A stretch of 64,000 nt of DNA from Chthoniobacteraceae bacterium (lineage in GTDB: Bacteria; Verrucomicrobiota; Verrucomicrobiia; Chthoniobacterales; Chthoniobacteraceae). A model generated the notes under the pieces. It worked only from the letters and a program-made list of their open reading frames with translations, was not told the origin of the DNA and did no database searches. This document shows, in pieces, positions 63,780 to 64,000 of the stretch. Each line of letters opens with the position of its first letter. Within the stretch, counting starts at the first letter, position 1. The stretch spans positions 18,206 to 82,205 of the forward strand of contig JBBCKI010000063.1 in the NCBI GenBank assembly GCA_037190965.1, read 5' to 3'. The position numbers and the translations under genes were made by a program.

Positions 63780-64000
63780 ATGAAACTTAATCCTTATTTT
63801 CTGACTCTCGCAGTCGTTACATCCTTCGGTCTTGCTGCCTGCAACAAGCCGGCTTCTGAAAAGACCGAAAAGGCCGCCGAGAAAGTGAAGGAAGCAGCCG
63901 AAGCGACCAAGGAAGCCGCCAAGGAAAAGGCGAAAGAGGTCAAGAAGGAAGCCTCCGAAGCTGCTGCAACCGCAAAGGAAAAAGTCACCGAAGCGGCTGA
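63780..64000 (+). CDS. Ala/Lys/Glu-rich lipoprotein, 3'-truncated by the window edge
   Basis: It reads MKLNPYFLTLAVVTSFGLAAC (lipobox LAAC) followed by EKAAEKVKEAAEATKEAAKE repeats and stays open to the end of the window. Confidence 0.8.
   Translation, partial: MKLNPYFLTLAVVTSFGLAACNKPASEKTEKAAEKVKEAAEATKEAAKEKAKEVKKEASEAAATAKEKVTEAA

Overview
This is a GC-rich bacterial chromosome segment, most likely from Verrucomicrobiota (inferred from a PEP-CTERM protein, the tmRNA tag AESNDLALAA and the gene families present). The housekeeping backbone includes the 3' part of gyrA, guaA, tdh-kbl, smc, tag, uup and metH, plus tRNA-Lys(CTT) and tmRNA. Accessory blocks are interspersed. (1) The strongest candidate for an undescribed system is a four-gene cassette at 24790-31273 resembling the Ralstonia phc quorum-sensing locus: a REC-kinase, a PhcB-like SAM methyltransferase signal synthase, a PhcS-like double-kinase hybrid sensor and a PhcQ-like REC-pseudokinase. 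An ECF sigma factor and a small divergent ORF lie beside it, and the whole block is bracketed by a degenerate direct repeat adjoining the tmRNA 3' end. (2) Two flavin-dependent halogenase-like genes and a cation/H+ antiporter lie next to tRNA-Lys. (3) A nested mobile-DNA stack follows smc: a REP-doublet split by about 2 kb that carries two inverted near-identical MITEs around a nonsense-mutated gene, another MITE and an IS5 stub. (4) Other blocks are a RedB/RedC-like sensor pair, an active/dead HtrA protease pair, a GT2 plus two GT-C-like genes, and two Rrf2 regulators flanking a sulfonate-type ABC transporter. Several promoters look leaderless. All family assignments come from motif recognition by eye; no database searches were run.
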